Shown here: one piece after another, positions 7,495 through 16,103 of the stretch
Numbering within the stretch: the stretch's first letter is position 1
Layout: the number at the start of each line of letters is the position of its first letter
Translations under genes and position numbers: made by a program
The notes under the pieces: generated by a model
Told to the model about the DNA's origin: nothing
Databases searched by the model: none
The model's input: only the letters and a program-made list of their open reading frames with translations
Source: a virus
Lineage: Duplodnaviria > Caudoviricetes
IMG/VR virus record: IMGVR_UViG_3300048086_000023
Coordinates: 1-60,372 of that record
Length of the DNA: 60,372 nt
Reading direction: 5' to 3' (one strand)

Positions 7495-7814
7495 GCAATT
7501 CCCCTTCTCATTACGTAATACAAGCTGAACGATCGGCGTACCAATCGGGCTTGTCTAATTTTGGACAAATGCAGATTTTTTTGACGCTTCGGCTTAGCAC
7601 CGTTCGCCAGCTCCAGGGTTCGAAGCGGCAATCCCAGCGCGGCGGATAGCGGTGCCAGGTTCTTCGGCAGGATAAAGTCCTGCTGCTCCCATTGATAGAC
7701 CCGGCTCCGCGTAACATTGCAGCGCCTGCCCACTTCGTCGGCAGTTAGGTGCCGAATCACCCGTCCCAGATAGATCAGTCTTCCGATATGTTTGCTTTGC
7801 ACAGCCATCCCCAC
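7461..7814 (-). CDS. XRE HTH regulator, paralog B
   Basis: LTADEVGRRCNVTRSRVYQWE; aligns with 7270-7494. Confidence 0.8.
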   Translation of the reverse strand: MGMAVQSKHIGRLIYLGRVIRHLTADEVGRRCNVTRSRVYQWEQQDFILPKNLAPLSAALGLPLRTLELANGAKPKRQKNLHLSKIRQARLVRRSFSLYYVMRRGIAWEPLRNILAN

Positions 7815-7899
7815 AGCCGATTCCGTGAAATTTTATATTAGCAAAATTTCACGATGGTTTTCATGTGGTCGTGCGCCGCACCAACAGCAGGATCTGCGG

Positions 7900-8130
7900 C
7901 TAGTCGATCGGCACAATCCCAATGCTCTCCGGTGATCCGCCGCCATTTTTGGCCCGGTATTGGAGTCTGTCACGGTATCGGCGCTGGCGCTCCGCGCCCG
8001 TGCGATCCTTTCCCGGCCGCTTGGCGCGTTTGATCAACACTCGCTCCTGGCGCCGACCACCGATGACGTCGCAAAGTCGGTCGATCGCCGCAGTCAGATC
8101 GCGGATTGTCGCTTCGCTGATTTCCGTCAC
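7900..8130 (-). CDS. Small basic protein
   Basis: KDRTGAERQRRYRDR motif; GTGA overlap with the upstream gene. Confidence 0.6.
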   Translation of the reverse strand: MTEISEATIRDLTAAIDRLCDVIGGRRQERVLIKRAKRPGKDRTGAERQRRYRDRLQYRAKNGGGSPESIGIVPID

Positions 8131-9011
8131 GAGTGGGCTCCCTTCTGTGAGTTGCGCCCGACCATGAGCAGGATTCCACCAACCTGCGGCAACAATGCCA
8201 AGAGGATCAGCCGCAGCATCCCAAAGTCATTACCGGAGGGGTTGAGCGCTCCCCGGCTGACCCAGGCGACGATCCGAATCGCCGCCTCGGTCTGCGGGTC
8301 GGCGGTCGACGCTACCGAGGCCATGGCGGTATCGAGCCCGGACCGAGCGGCAACAACGCCCTGTTCCCGTTCGCGGCAGAACCGGCCAACGCCGCCCTTG
8401 CATTCTCTATCTCTGGCCGCCATGGCATCGGCCAGGGCCGTTTGAGCCGCCGACAAGGCCGGGGTAATCCGCGCCGAACGTTGCAGCGCCACGTCGCTGA
8501 TATTGACGCTGGCGAACCCGATGCCGGCGGTGATCGCGAACGCGAACGTAACGGCCCAAACGAGCCACCCAGCCGCCGCTGTAGCCCGCTGGCGAGCCTG
8601 CCACGCCTTGGCGGCCACGGATGGCACCGCCAAGGCCACAAGATCAGCCGCGACACCAATGGCCAGGAATAGGTAGCCAGCCGTCTCGGTGGCCCCCAGG
8701 GACCGCGCAAACCACCCGTTCATGGTGATCCCGACCAGCCCCAGGCCGAACGCGGCGACGGTCAACAGAACGGCACCGAACGAACGGCGTGATGGCGTTC
8801 GGAGAACGTTCGCCCCGTTCGCGTTCGCGTTCGGGACGTTCGCGAACGGCTCGCTCGTGGGGCGAACGGCTGGCGGCAGCGCCTTTTCCCGCACAATCTT
8901 GCCGGCTTTCTCGCGCTGGCGCTGCCTGAACGCTCGACCGCGTTCGGCCGCCGTTTTGGGACGCTTGGGTTGATGTAACTGGATTATCGTTGCAGAAGTA
9001 TCATCAGCCAT
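8127..9011 (-). CDS. Multi-pass membrane protein with coiled coil
   Basis: Three TM segments, a helical region with ECKGGVGRFCRERE, and a C-terminal TM. Confidence 0.75.
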   Translation of the reverse strand: MADDTSATIIQLHQPKRPKTAAERGRAFRQRQREKAGKIVREKALPPAVRPTSEPFANVPNANANGANVLRTPSRRSFGAVLLTVAAFGLGLVGITMNGWFARSLGATETAGYLFLAIGVAADLVALAVPSVAAKAWQARQRATAAAGWLVWAVTFAFAITAGIGFASVNISDVALQRSARITPALSAAQTALADAMAARDRECKGGVGRFCREREQGVVAARSGLDTAMASVASTADPQTEAAIRIVAWVSRGALNPSGNDFGMLRLILLALLPQVGGILLMVGRNSQKGAHS

Positions 9012-9041
9012 TGTGACCGCTCCATACGGTTGCCGTGGTTA

Positions 9042-9077
9042 GACACGGCGCCGTGGCTGATACCCACGGCGCCGTGT
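9042..9077 (-). promoter_or_regulatory. Perfect 14-bp hairpin in the leader of 8127-9011
   Basis: ACACGGCGCCGTGG-ctgatac-CCACGGCGCCGTGT, followed on the minus strand by CTAACCAC, GGAG and ATG. Confidence 0.6.
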
Positions 9078-9092
9078 TGCGTTTAATGCCCT

Positions 9093-9374
9093 TGTGGGAC
9101 GTTGTGAGACGACTGTGGGACAGGCCAAAAATTCAAGAAACCCCTGGGAATAAAGGGTTTCTGCGCATTGTGCCTGTGGGACGCTTGAATTCTGTGAGAC
9201 GGGCTGTGAGACGGAAAACGCAAACCCCTTAAATTATAGGGGAAAACACGCAAACAGCTACTCCAGATAGGAGGACCGGAAATAGCTAAGTATTTGATTT
9301 CGCTCACTGCGCGTACCCAGAAATTCATGTTTGTTCACCCTCTTTTCCGCATTTCTGTGAGACGGCTGTGAGAC
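9093..9374. repeat. Eight direct TGTG(A/G)GAC repeats: candidate integrase arm-type sites (attP)
   Basis: Copies start at 9093, 9103, 9114, 9175, 9193, 9205, 9356 and 9367, at the 3' end of the integrase and flanking an AT-rich interval. Confidence 0.75.
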
Positions 9375-10666
9375 AGAACATTCGGGGCTCTGCCATCGAC
9401 GCGCTCCAGGGCCGCGCGCTGCTGTGCAAGCGAGCCGTGGCCATAGCGTAGCTCAACCATTTGCGCAGTCATGCCAACCGCTTGCCCGGCTTCCCAACAG
9501 GTCATCCCGCGATCGAGCATTTGGGTAACGCAGGTATGGCGCAAGGTGTGTGGGGTTACCTTTGTCGGATCGTCTCGATCGACTGACAAACCAGCGCGAA
9601 TGCAGGCATTGGCGAAGGCGGTATCGAGATCCTTGAAGGGACGCCCCCCGCTCTGTTCGAATACAAATCGGGTGCTCAACGTGCGCCAGCGTCGCATCAT
9701 CGACCAGAGGCCACGAGGGAGCGCCATCGAAGGCGCGCGCTTGGTGGTGTCCTTTTCGGTCGGCGCCTTGCGATGCAGAATCCCCTTGTCGAGGTCAATC
9801 CAACCACCTTGGAAATTCTGCACCCATTGAAGGCGTAACGAACGCTCCTTGCGTGTCCCGGTTCGAATGCCGGCCAAGATGAAGCGGGCCAATGGCCGGT
9901 TAATGCAGGGGTGACCGTTGGCAGTTACGCCATAATCGCGCTTGCCAGTCCTGAAATCCCAACCCAGCGCAGCCAGAACCAGGCGTGCAGACTCGTTAAC
10001 CGTGAGCGCCCGTTCCCGTTTGTCGGAGAATGCCTCCGTTGGCAGCGTCACGCAGATCTGATGAGTGAGCTTTTTGTTTTCCCATGCCTTGTACAGGGAG
10101 GCATTGAGAAACCGAACGTCATTCCAGGCGGTGGACGGCTTGAGCAAGCGCGGCGTGGCCTCGCGCTTCTTCCACTTGTTCGAGCCGCGCCGATCACCAA
10201 GCCGGATGCGCCATTGCACATAGTCTTGCGCCAAATCCGGGGTAAGTTCGGCCACGGTATAAGGCGCGAAAAACTCCCCCAGGTTCTTTAGTGCCGCCGT
10301 TGCGGTGTCGGCGCGGACAACCGCATCAGAATTGTCGCTGCCGATTTTTCGGCTGGCATAATATGACAAGACATCGGTGATTAGGACTTGATTGGGCTTA
10401 CCGTCGCCGAAGGCCGCCGGGGCGCGGCTTTTTGCCTTGAAGGAGTCGAAGGCTTTTTGTGCGAGTTCAAGTTGTCCATCAAATGCGCCAGTGCCAATTT
10501 CTTGTCTTCTTCCGTTGGCGTCGAGGTGGAAGATGACATATCGGGCTTGTCCTCCGGCCCGTCGCGGTTGCCGCAGAGCGAGGTAGGGGTACCGGCTCTG
10601 TTCGGTGTCGATCCGGGCGGTTCTGATGGCGGACTTGTCGCGCTTGCGCTTTGTGATACTCGGCAT
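9335..10666 (-). CDS. int: Tyrosine recombinase / phage integrase
   Basis: Catalytic R (TGTRKE), K (DTTKR), HxxR (HTLRHT) and Y (LRYGH). Confidence 0.93.
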   Translation of the reverse strand: MPSITKRKRDKSAIRTARIDTEQSRYPYLALRQPRRAGGQARYVIFHLDANGRRQEIGTGAFDGQLELAQKAFDSFKAKSRAPAAFGDGKPNQVLITDVLSYYASRKIGSDNSDAVVRADTATAALKNLGEFFAPYTVAELTPDLAQDYVQWRIRLGDRRGSNKWKKREATPRLLKPSTAWNDVRFLNASLYKAWENKKLTHQICVTLPTEAFSDKRERALTVNESARLVLAALGWDFRTGKRDYGVTANGHPCINRPLARFILAGIRTGTRKERSLRLQWVQNFQGGWIDLDKGILHRKAPTEKDTTKRAPSMALPRGLWSMMRRWRTLSTRFVFEQSGGRPFKDLDTAFANACIRAGLSVDRDDPTKVTPHTLRHTCVTQMLDRGMTCWEAGQAVGMTAQMVELRYGHGSLAQQRAALERVDGRAPNVLSHSRLTEMRKRG

Positions 10667-10869
10667 TGTCTTCTCATCTCCTCGATGCCGCGAAGCGTGA
10701 CATACATTCGCCCGGCGATTTTTTCGGCCGGCAACCGGCCCCTTGCGATTTCCTTGCGAAGCCCTGCCACCCCCATGCTGCCGTCCGGGAAAGCCAATTG
10801 TGCAGCGATCTCCAGACGGAACGGGGTATCAATCGTAACAGTTTCAGGAGATGGGATTCGGACACGCAT
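10381..10869 (-). CDS. Excisionase-like protein overlapping the integrase 5' end
   Basis: N-terminal winged-helix-like LEIAAQLAFPDG..GLRKEIARGRL..EKIAGRMYVTLRGIEEM, directly upstream of int; low-complexity tail in an alternative frame. Confidence 0.75.
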   Translation of the reverse strand: MRVRIPSPETVTIDTPFRLEIAAQLAFPDGSMGVAGLRKEIARGRLPAEKIAGRMYVTLRGIEEMRRQCRVSQSASATSPPSEPPGSTPNRAGTPTSLCGNRDGPEDKPDMSSSTSTPTEEDKKLALAHLMDNLNSHKKPSTPSRQKAAPRRPSATVSPIKS

Positions 10870-10940
10870 TGCAAATCATCCAAAGGTTATCAGAGAGTCT
10901 AGTTTTAGACAAGCCCGGTTTCCCGTTCCGGGATACCATT

Positions 10941-11252
10941 TCAACGTGATTTTAGCTTCGTCGCGTGCCGCCGCGCATCGATCGCTATCGCCGCCGTGGC
11001 ATCCGCCTGCAGATCCGCCATACTCGGCGACGCCTCGATCACCAGCCCGCCGATCGCATACCGCCCGTCCACCTCGCCTTCGACCAGCACCGCCTCCTCC
11101 ACCCGAATACTCCGGTGCGGGCTGATCACCGCGAAGGTAGTCACCCGCTCGGTGCGCACCACGCCGTCAATCTCGACGTAGCTCATTATCAGCTTGTCGC
11201 CGGCCGCCAGGATGATGGGCTTTTGCAGCGGTCTGCGTCGCAGGATCTTCAT
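10941..11252 (-). CDS. Hypothetical protein
   Basis: GGAGG SD and ATGA coupling at 11252. Confidence 0.55.
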   Translation of the reverse strand: MKILRRRPLQKPIILAAGDKLIMSYVEIDGVVRTERVTTFAVISPHRSIRVEEAVLVEGEVDGRYAIGGLVIEASPSMADLQADATAAIAIDARRHATKLKSR

Positions 11253-11440
11253 GGCCGGTCCTCCCCTTTCCAAAGCGAGCGCCGACACGATGGCAGGCCA
11301 AGCTTCACGGCGCGACGGCGCAGCGTGCTGACATGGTGCCCCAGAGCCTCGGCGATATCCCGGTCCTTCATGCGCGTGACCCACAACCGCACCAGCTTCG
11401 CGTCGTCGATCCGCTTCTTCAGTTTGTATGCCGCAACCAT
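11249..11440 (-). CDS. Small HTH protein
   Basis: LVRLW...MKDRDIAEALGHHVSTLRRRAVKLGL. Confidence 0.7.
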   Translation of the reverse strand: MVAAYKLKKRIDDAKLVRLWVTRMKDRDIAEALGHHVSTLRRRAVKLGLPSCRRSLWKGEDRP

Positions 11441-11462
11441 GGTGCATCGCCGTCCTACTCGT

Positions 11463-11687
11463 TCAAGCGGTGATGTGCTTCACGGCCCACATGACAGCCT
11501 CTTCAATCTTGGTCTTGGCCAGGGAGATCTCCCGGCTGTTGCCCAGCCCGTCTACCAGACCGTGGAACTGCAGACCGAGATCCTTGATGGACTGCATGCT
11601 CAGTTTCTCCGCGTCGCTCAGTATGCGGTACTGATGGCGCATGGTGTTGTTGATGGTCCGCTGGTCCGATGTACTGTCGACGCTCAT
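11463..11687 (-). CDS. Acb2/Tad1-like cyclic-nucleotide sponge (anti-defence protein)
   Basis: GAGGAGG SD. YRILSDAEKLSMQSIKDLGLQF resembles the Acb2 N-terminal helix as I recall it; SREISLAKTKIEEAVMWA resembles the Tad1-type C-terminal helix. Confidence 0.72.
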   Translation of the reverse strand: MSVDSTSDQRTINNTMRHQYRILSDAEKLSMQSIKDLGLQFHGLVDGLGNSREISLAKTKIEEAVMWAVKHITA

Positions 11688-11697
11688 CGTGTCCTCC

Positions 11698-12087
11698 TCA
11701 GTTTGGGTTGCCAAATACGCGAGTCTGAAACGCCTCAAGCTCTGCAACGACGGTTGCGCAGGATTTCGGATTGACGTCTTCGATTGCCGAATACGCGGTC
11801 AAGGCATCCTCGAAAGCCTTCATGGTCGTGATCACCCGATCGGCGGCGCTCCTCTCGATGTCGCGGCCATTCGGAATTCGCCTGACATGGTCCGGGCAAA
11901 GATCCTCCGCCTCGGTCTTGCCGACGTGCCAGCTCCGTTCCTGAAATTTCTTGGTGATCAGGTCTTGCGGGATGCGACCGTTAACCCGTGCGATGACGCC
12001 GCATCGCGAGCACGTAATCTGATAGGTGCTGATCAGGCGCGCGCCCTGGCGGGCATCCTGCCGTTCGAAGATCCTCACGGTACCCAC
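11698..12087 (-). CDS. Hypothetical protein with Zn-binding-like CxxC...CPDH
   Basis: CSRC and LCPDH motifs; part of the operon chain. Confidence 0.6.
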   Translation of the reverse strand: MGTVRIFERQDARQGARLISTYQITCSRCGVIARVNGRIPQDLITKKFQERSWHVGKTEAEDLCPDHVRRIPNGRDIERSAADRVITTMKAFEDALTAYSAIEDVNPKSCATVVAELEAFQTRVFGNPN

Positions 12088-13028
12088 CAGAATTGCGGGA
12101 ATGCTTCCGGATGCGCGCCCTGCGCGCGCCAGGACAACGTCTCAATGGTTTTGTTCTCGCGCGCCGCGTTCACCGCCTTGATGGTCAGCGCGATCACCGT
12201 GAGCTGGTCACGGCGGCGCTCGGCGCCGCCGCTGATCATGGTTTCCCGCAACCGGAAGAACGGATCAGAAAGCGAGACGCTGGCCGGCTCCTCCAGGGTC
12301 CGCAGCATGCGCGCCGCCAGATCAGAGTCGCGGCTCACCAGAAGGTAATAGATGAAGGCCAGGATTGAGACATTGATGATGGGACCGACCTTGCGCACCT
12401 TCTCAACGGCGCGGATCATCTCAGGATGGGCGCTATAGGCGTTCTCAATGTCGAAGTTTTCAATGCGATACTGGCGAGCGCGGTATTCCTCGATCGTCCC
12501 GCGCTCGTACCGGATCAGCCAGGCCAGGGCGCTGGCGGTGCGCACGCGATGGCGATCCAGGCCATTGACCGCGAGGACGTCCGCGCCGCTTCGCGGCATC
12601 TGGATGGTATCGATGGTGGAGAATGCATCGTTCTTCACACCGTAAATAATGATCAGCCAGACCACACACTTCGAATAGATGATGGCCCAAAGCCGATGCT
12701 GGCCGTCGAGGACATCGCCGTTGATACCGATCTTGATGGTTTGCCCGTTATCCTTCCACCGGCCCCGCTTCATCAGCTCCGAGATCCGAACCGCATGGTA
12801 GTCCCGCAGCGGGCGGTTGTTCTGGTTGATCTCCAGAATCCTGGTGGCCATTTCGGGGCCGACATAGCCGGCCCAAACCTTCTGGCCGTTACCAAGGTCG
12901 GTTTCGATACCTCCGGATTTTGGTAGATCCGGATTGAAATCTTCACTCGGCGGCTTCGGCTCGGTCTCGGCTTTCGTCGCGCCGCTGCTGTTCTGCTGCT
13001 GCGTCCGCAGTTTTTCCATTACAGACAT
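12075..13028 (-). CDS. ParB/Srx-like N-terminal domain protein
   Basis: NNRPL...GRW..NG..I....G.VLDGQHRL motif; AGGAG SD before ATG 13028. Confidence 0.75.
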   Translation of the reverse strand: MSVMEKLRTQQQNSSGATKAETEPKPPSEDFNPDLPKSGGIETDLGNGQKVWAGYVGPEMATRILEINQNNRPLRDYHAVRISELMKRGRWKDNGQTIKIGINGDVLDGQHRLWAIIYSKCVVWLIIIYGVKNDAFSTIDTIQMPRSGADVLAVNGLDRHRVRTASALAWLIRYERGTIEEYRARQYRIENFDIENAYSAHPEMIRAVEKVRKVGPIINVSILAFIYYLLVSRDSDLAARMLRTLEEPASVSLSDPFFRLRETMISGGAERRRDQLTVIALTIKAVNAARENKTIETLSWRAQGAHPEAFPQFWWVP

Positions 13029-13782
13029 TCGCGAACTCCTTGAGCCAAGCCAGCGCACCCGGCAACTTGTTGTGGATGAGTTTTTGGCGGTCCATTTCCT
13101 TGGCAAGCCTTGCCGCGTCGGCGGGTAACGGCAGACTGGTCAATGCAATCAGCGCCGTCCGGACATTTCGCCAGACAGCATTCCGCAGCCGGGTGCGCTC
13201 GATCCGCTCCGGGTTCCTTCCAACCGTCGCGAGCGCGTTCTTGCTTTTTGTCGAAGGCACCCGCTTGGCTTTGATCGCGTTGTAGGCGCGCTGCAGCGAC
13301 ACCTTCCCGATCTCCACATCATTCACGTCCTCGGCGGAGCACATCCGGATCACCAAACGCGCCCGGACCACGGACACCCTGGAGACATTCAGCAGCTCCG
13401 CCGCCTTCTCCATGCTCAGTGCAGCAAATGGCTCATTTGCTACATCTGCTTTTTTCTGCGCATGAGCAGCGGCTTGGCCCTTCTCCAGGTTGGAAAGACG
13501 GGCCGCGATCATGGCGCGCTGATAGGTTGCGAGATGGCGGCGCTTGAGGTTCTTTGAGATCACGAAGGCAAGCGGAGAACCGCACCGCCCGTCCCATTCC
13601 TCCGCAATCGGCGCAATGCCAAGCTCAGTGCAAGCGCGGTTGCGGTTGCAGCCATCAAGGATCTGCGCGCCGACGACGATGATCGGCGAGATCTGGCCGT
13701 TGGTTTTGATGTCCCGCTTCAGCGCCTGGAACGACTCCTCGTCCAGCGCTGGAAACAGGCTTGCTGCTGGGTGTGCGAGCAT
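12943..13782 (-). CDS. ParB N-terminal domain protein with HTH
   Basis: HPAASLFP...L..DI..NGQ..PI......LDG.NR..AC, S.NL.RRHL, and AAELLNVSR. Confidence 0.82.
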   Translation of the reverse strand: MLAHPAASLFPALDEESFQALKRDIKTNGQISPIIVVGAQILDGCNRNRACTELGIAPIAEEWDGRCGSPLAFVISKNLKRRHLATYQRAMIAARLSNLEKGQAAAHAQKKADVANEPFAALSMEKAAELLNVSRVSVVRARLVIRMCSAEDVNDVEIGKVSLQRAYNAIKAKRVPSTKSKNALATVGRNPERIERTRLRNAVWRNVRTALIALTSLPLPADAARLAKEMDRQKLIHNKLPGALAWLKEFANVCNGKTADAAAEQQRRDESRDRAEAAE

Positions 13783-13785
13783 CGC

Positions 13786-14661
13786 TTACCCTCCCGCTGA
13801 CGATGAAAGAACGGCGCCGTCCGCCACGGAGTCGGGGGACTTTCTGGCGGACGGCGCGGCCTCGCTCGGTCCGAACGCATCACCGCTCGGATCGGCACCA
13901 GCGGCCGGGGGCGGCCCGCCTGGTCCCTCGGTCTCCCGCGCGACGTGCTCATGATCGAAGCCGCGCGAAGACGCAATTCGTTTCTGTCCTTTCAGCCGCT
14001 GCGCCACCGTCAGCTTTTCCGGGGTGACGTCCTTCGGCTCAATCTGTTCGATCTCATCGCCGTCGTAGACGCCTGCCAGCACCTCCGGGAAATGCCGGCG
14101 GCAGAAGCCGCGCGCGCCGTAGTACCAGAGCTGTTGCTTCGGGTCATTGTCGTACAGCGGCGAGCCCTTGACGTTGCCGTAGTCATTGCGGCCCTTGATG
14201 GCAATCAGCTCCTTGATCGTCGGCGTTTCGTAGTCCAGCGTGTCGGTCTGTCCCTTCGGCAAACCGTAGATCGTGACCTTCATCGCCTCGCCCTCGCCGT
14301 CGTAGACGGGCCACAGCTTTTTCTGCAACGGCGCGCGCGCATTGATCACGGCGATGATGAGCTGCGCCATGAACGCGATCTTCTCTTCGCCGGTCTTGGG
14401 ATTCTTGACGATGTAAGATTGCTCGGCGACGAAAAACGGGTCCATGCGCCAGCGCACCGCACGCACCACCATCGCGTAGCAAATGCCGGGCTTGCCGCGC
14501 ATGTACAGCGGGATCGCCTGCTCTGAAATCGCCATCAGCTTCGCGACTTCCATCGCATCGATCAGGCGGCGAATTTCGATGCCGGAACCTTCATCGGAGA
14601 TCTCGATGCCGCCGGTAACGACGCGATCAATCCGCTGTTCGATCTGGTCCAATGCTGCCAT
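13786..14661 (-). CDS. recT: RecT-family single-strand annealing protein
   Basis: IP.YMRGKPG.C......RW.MDPF.VA..SY and SPLY..DP.QQL.Y...R.F.RR.FPEVL.GVY; adjacent to RecE. Confidence 0.85.
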   Translation of the reverse strand: MAALDQIEQRIDRVVTGGIEISDEGSGIEIRRLIDAMEVAKLMAISEQAIPLYMRGKPGICYAMVVRAVRWRMDPFFVAEQSYIVKNPKTGEEKIAFMAQLIIAVINARAPLQKKLWPVYDGEGEAMKVTIYGLPKGQTDTLDYETPTIKELIAIKGRNDYGNVKGSPLYDNDPKQQLWYYGARGFCRRHFPEVLAGVYDGDEIEQIEPKDVTPEKLTVAQRLKGQKRIASSRGFDHEHVARETEGPGGPPPAAGADPSGDAFGPSEAAPSARKSPDSVADGAVLSSSAGG

Positions 14662-15584
14662 CACGCCGCCTCCAACGCTGCCAGCCGGGCATCGATGTAT
14701 TCCTGTTCGCTCTTCGGGATCGAGAACAGCTCGGCATCGGCCTTGCCGGGACCGGGCCAGGACCGCTCCTTGATGCACTTCGCAGCCAGCCTGATCATGG
14801 CGCGGTTCTGCAGCCGGCCACGGCCAAGATCATCGTCGGTGATCTCGACGACGCGGCAGCAATACGGTCGCTTCTTCTCGATGAAGACGAGCACGAAGCC
14901 ATCGAACGGCAGGTCAAGCATCTCGCACAGTTCCCAGATCAGCGCGCCCTGCATGTGGTAGCCAAAGCTGCGCAGCGTCGATTTCAGATCGATGTCGACC
15001 ACGCTCATTGTGGTTTTGAGATCCGCGAACATGCCGTCCGCAGTGGGGATCACGTCGGGCCGCCCGCGCAGCCACAGGCCGGTCTCCGGATCTTGCGCAA
15101 TCAGCGTCTGCTCCACCGGTCCCTGCAGCAGATCCTTTGCCATCTGCTCTTGAGACAGCGATGCTGCCATGCCCTTGATGATCTTGATGTCGCCCGGCGA
15201 GAGCACGGTGCGCCCGGCACTGGCCTGCTGTTTCAGGAAAGCCTGACAATCCAGCCGGTTGCCGTGCCATTTGATGCCGCCCAACAATTCCGGCCGCTGG
15301 ATGAATTCGAGCCCAAAATTATCTTCACCGAGGAATAGATGATGCGCGGCGCGACCGAGGACGAAAGCCTTGCTTTCCTCCTCGTCGTCCTCCTCGCGCT
15401 GCGGATTGAACGGCCATTCCGCGTAGAAATGCTTCGGCGATTTGCGCCACAGCATGCGGAGTCCGGAAGAGGATACCGAAGGTTCCGCCGTGATCTGTGC
15501 GGAATGATACACCGAGATCGGCACACCGTCGTACCATCCAGACATGCGAATAGGACCGCTGTTCCAGCGTCGGACAACAACCAT
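14661..15584 (-). CDS. recE: RecE/exonuclease VIII-like PD-(D/E)XK nuclease
   Basis: YH...SVSSSGL....SP.HF, GRAAH, RGRPD, DLKT and YHMQ motifs. Confidence 0.88.
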   Translation of the reverse strand: MVVVRRWNSGPIRMSGWYDGVPISVYHSAQITAEPSVSSSGLRMLWRKSPKHFYAEWPFNPQREEDDEEESKAFVLGRAAHHLFLGEDNFGLEFIQRPELLGGIKWHGNRLDCQAFLKQQASAGRTVLSPGDIKIIKGMAASLSQEQMAKDLLQGPVEQTLIAQDPETGLWLRGRPDVIPTADGMFADLKTTMSVVDIDLKSTLRSFGYHMQGALIWELCEMLDLPFDGFVLVFIEKKRPYCCRVVEITDDDLGRGRLQNRAMIRLAAKCIKERSWPGPGKADAELFSIPKSEQEYIDARLAALEAA

Positions 15585-15651
15585 TTGGGAACCCTGGTTA
15601 GACGTGTGGAGAGGAAGGCAGTGTGAACTAAGTTTTCAAATCTGTCGTGTG

Positions 15652-15825
15652 TCAAACCTGACTCTGCTCGCCCGTTCTCGGTTCTTTTTTTGCCTCAGCG
15701 ACAAGTTCCGTTTGCAAGGCAAGAACCAGCTTCTGATCCTCGGCTGATCGACTCTTGGCCCTGGCCAAGAGAGCGTCAGCAAGATTGCGGGCAATATCGG
15801 CAAGCACCTGGTTCGGGTCGCTCAT
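15652..15825 (-). CDS. Small hypothetical protein
   Basis: Helical 57-aa ORF heading the leftward early operon; start uncertain. Confidence 0.5.
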   Translation of the reverse strand: MSDPNQVLADIARNLADALLARAKSRSAEDQKLVLALQTELVAEAKKEPRTGEQSQV

Positions 15826-15908
15826 GCTGCTGTTCCGGGCGAGCTGGGATGTAAAATTTCTGCGCCGGATTTCGTGATCTGGCAACGGCCGAAGGCCGGA
15901 TTTATTTC

Positions 15909-16103
15909 GCGTTACATTGCGGCGGAGATTTAATCGGGAGTTTCCGTCAGCTCCGGAACCAGGGCCAACCACCATTAAGAAAAACAACATTAATGGTTAG
16001 AGTATCTAAGAGCCGCGCGCGTGCGCGTAGCATTTTGCGTGCCATCATTTTCGTTACAGCCGAAAGATTTCTTGTAACGCCCGGCCTTGTAACGCTGTAA
16101 CGC
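15909..16103. repeat. TGTAACG(C) repeats in the divergent intergenic region (operators or origin iterons)
   Basis: Direct copies at 16073, 16088 and 16096; inverted copies at 15909 and 16052; AT-rich tract near 15975-16010. Confidence 0.6.

Noticed and set aside
9255-9285. Specific att core or host target gene
   Set aside because: No tRNA or recognisable gene end could be matched by eye; needs a BLAST search.
9093-9374. CRISPR array
   Set aside because: Repeats are only 8 bp with irregular spacing and there are no cas genes; better explained as integrase arm sites.
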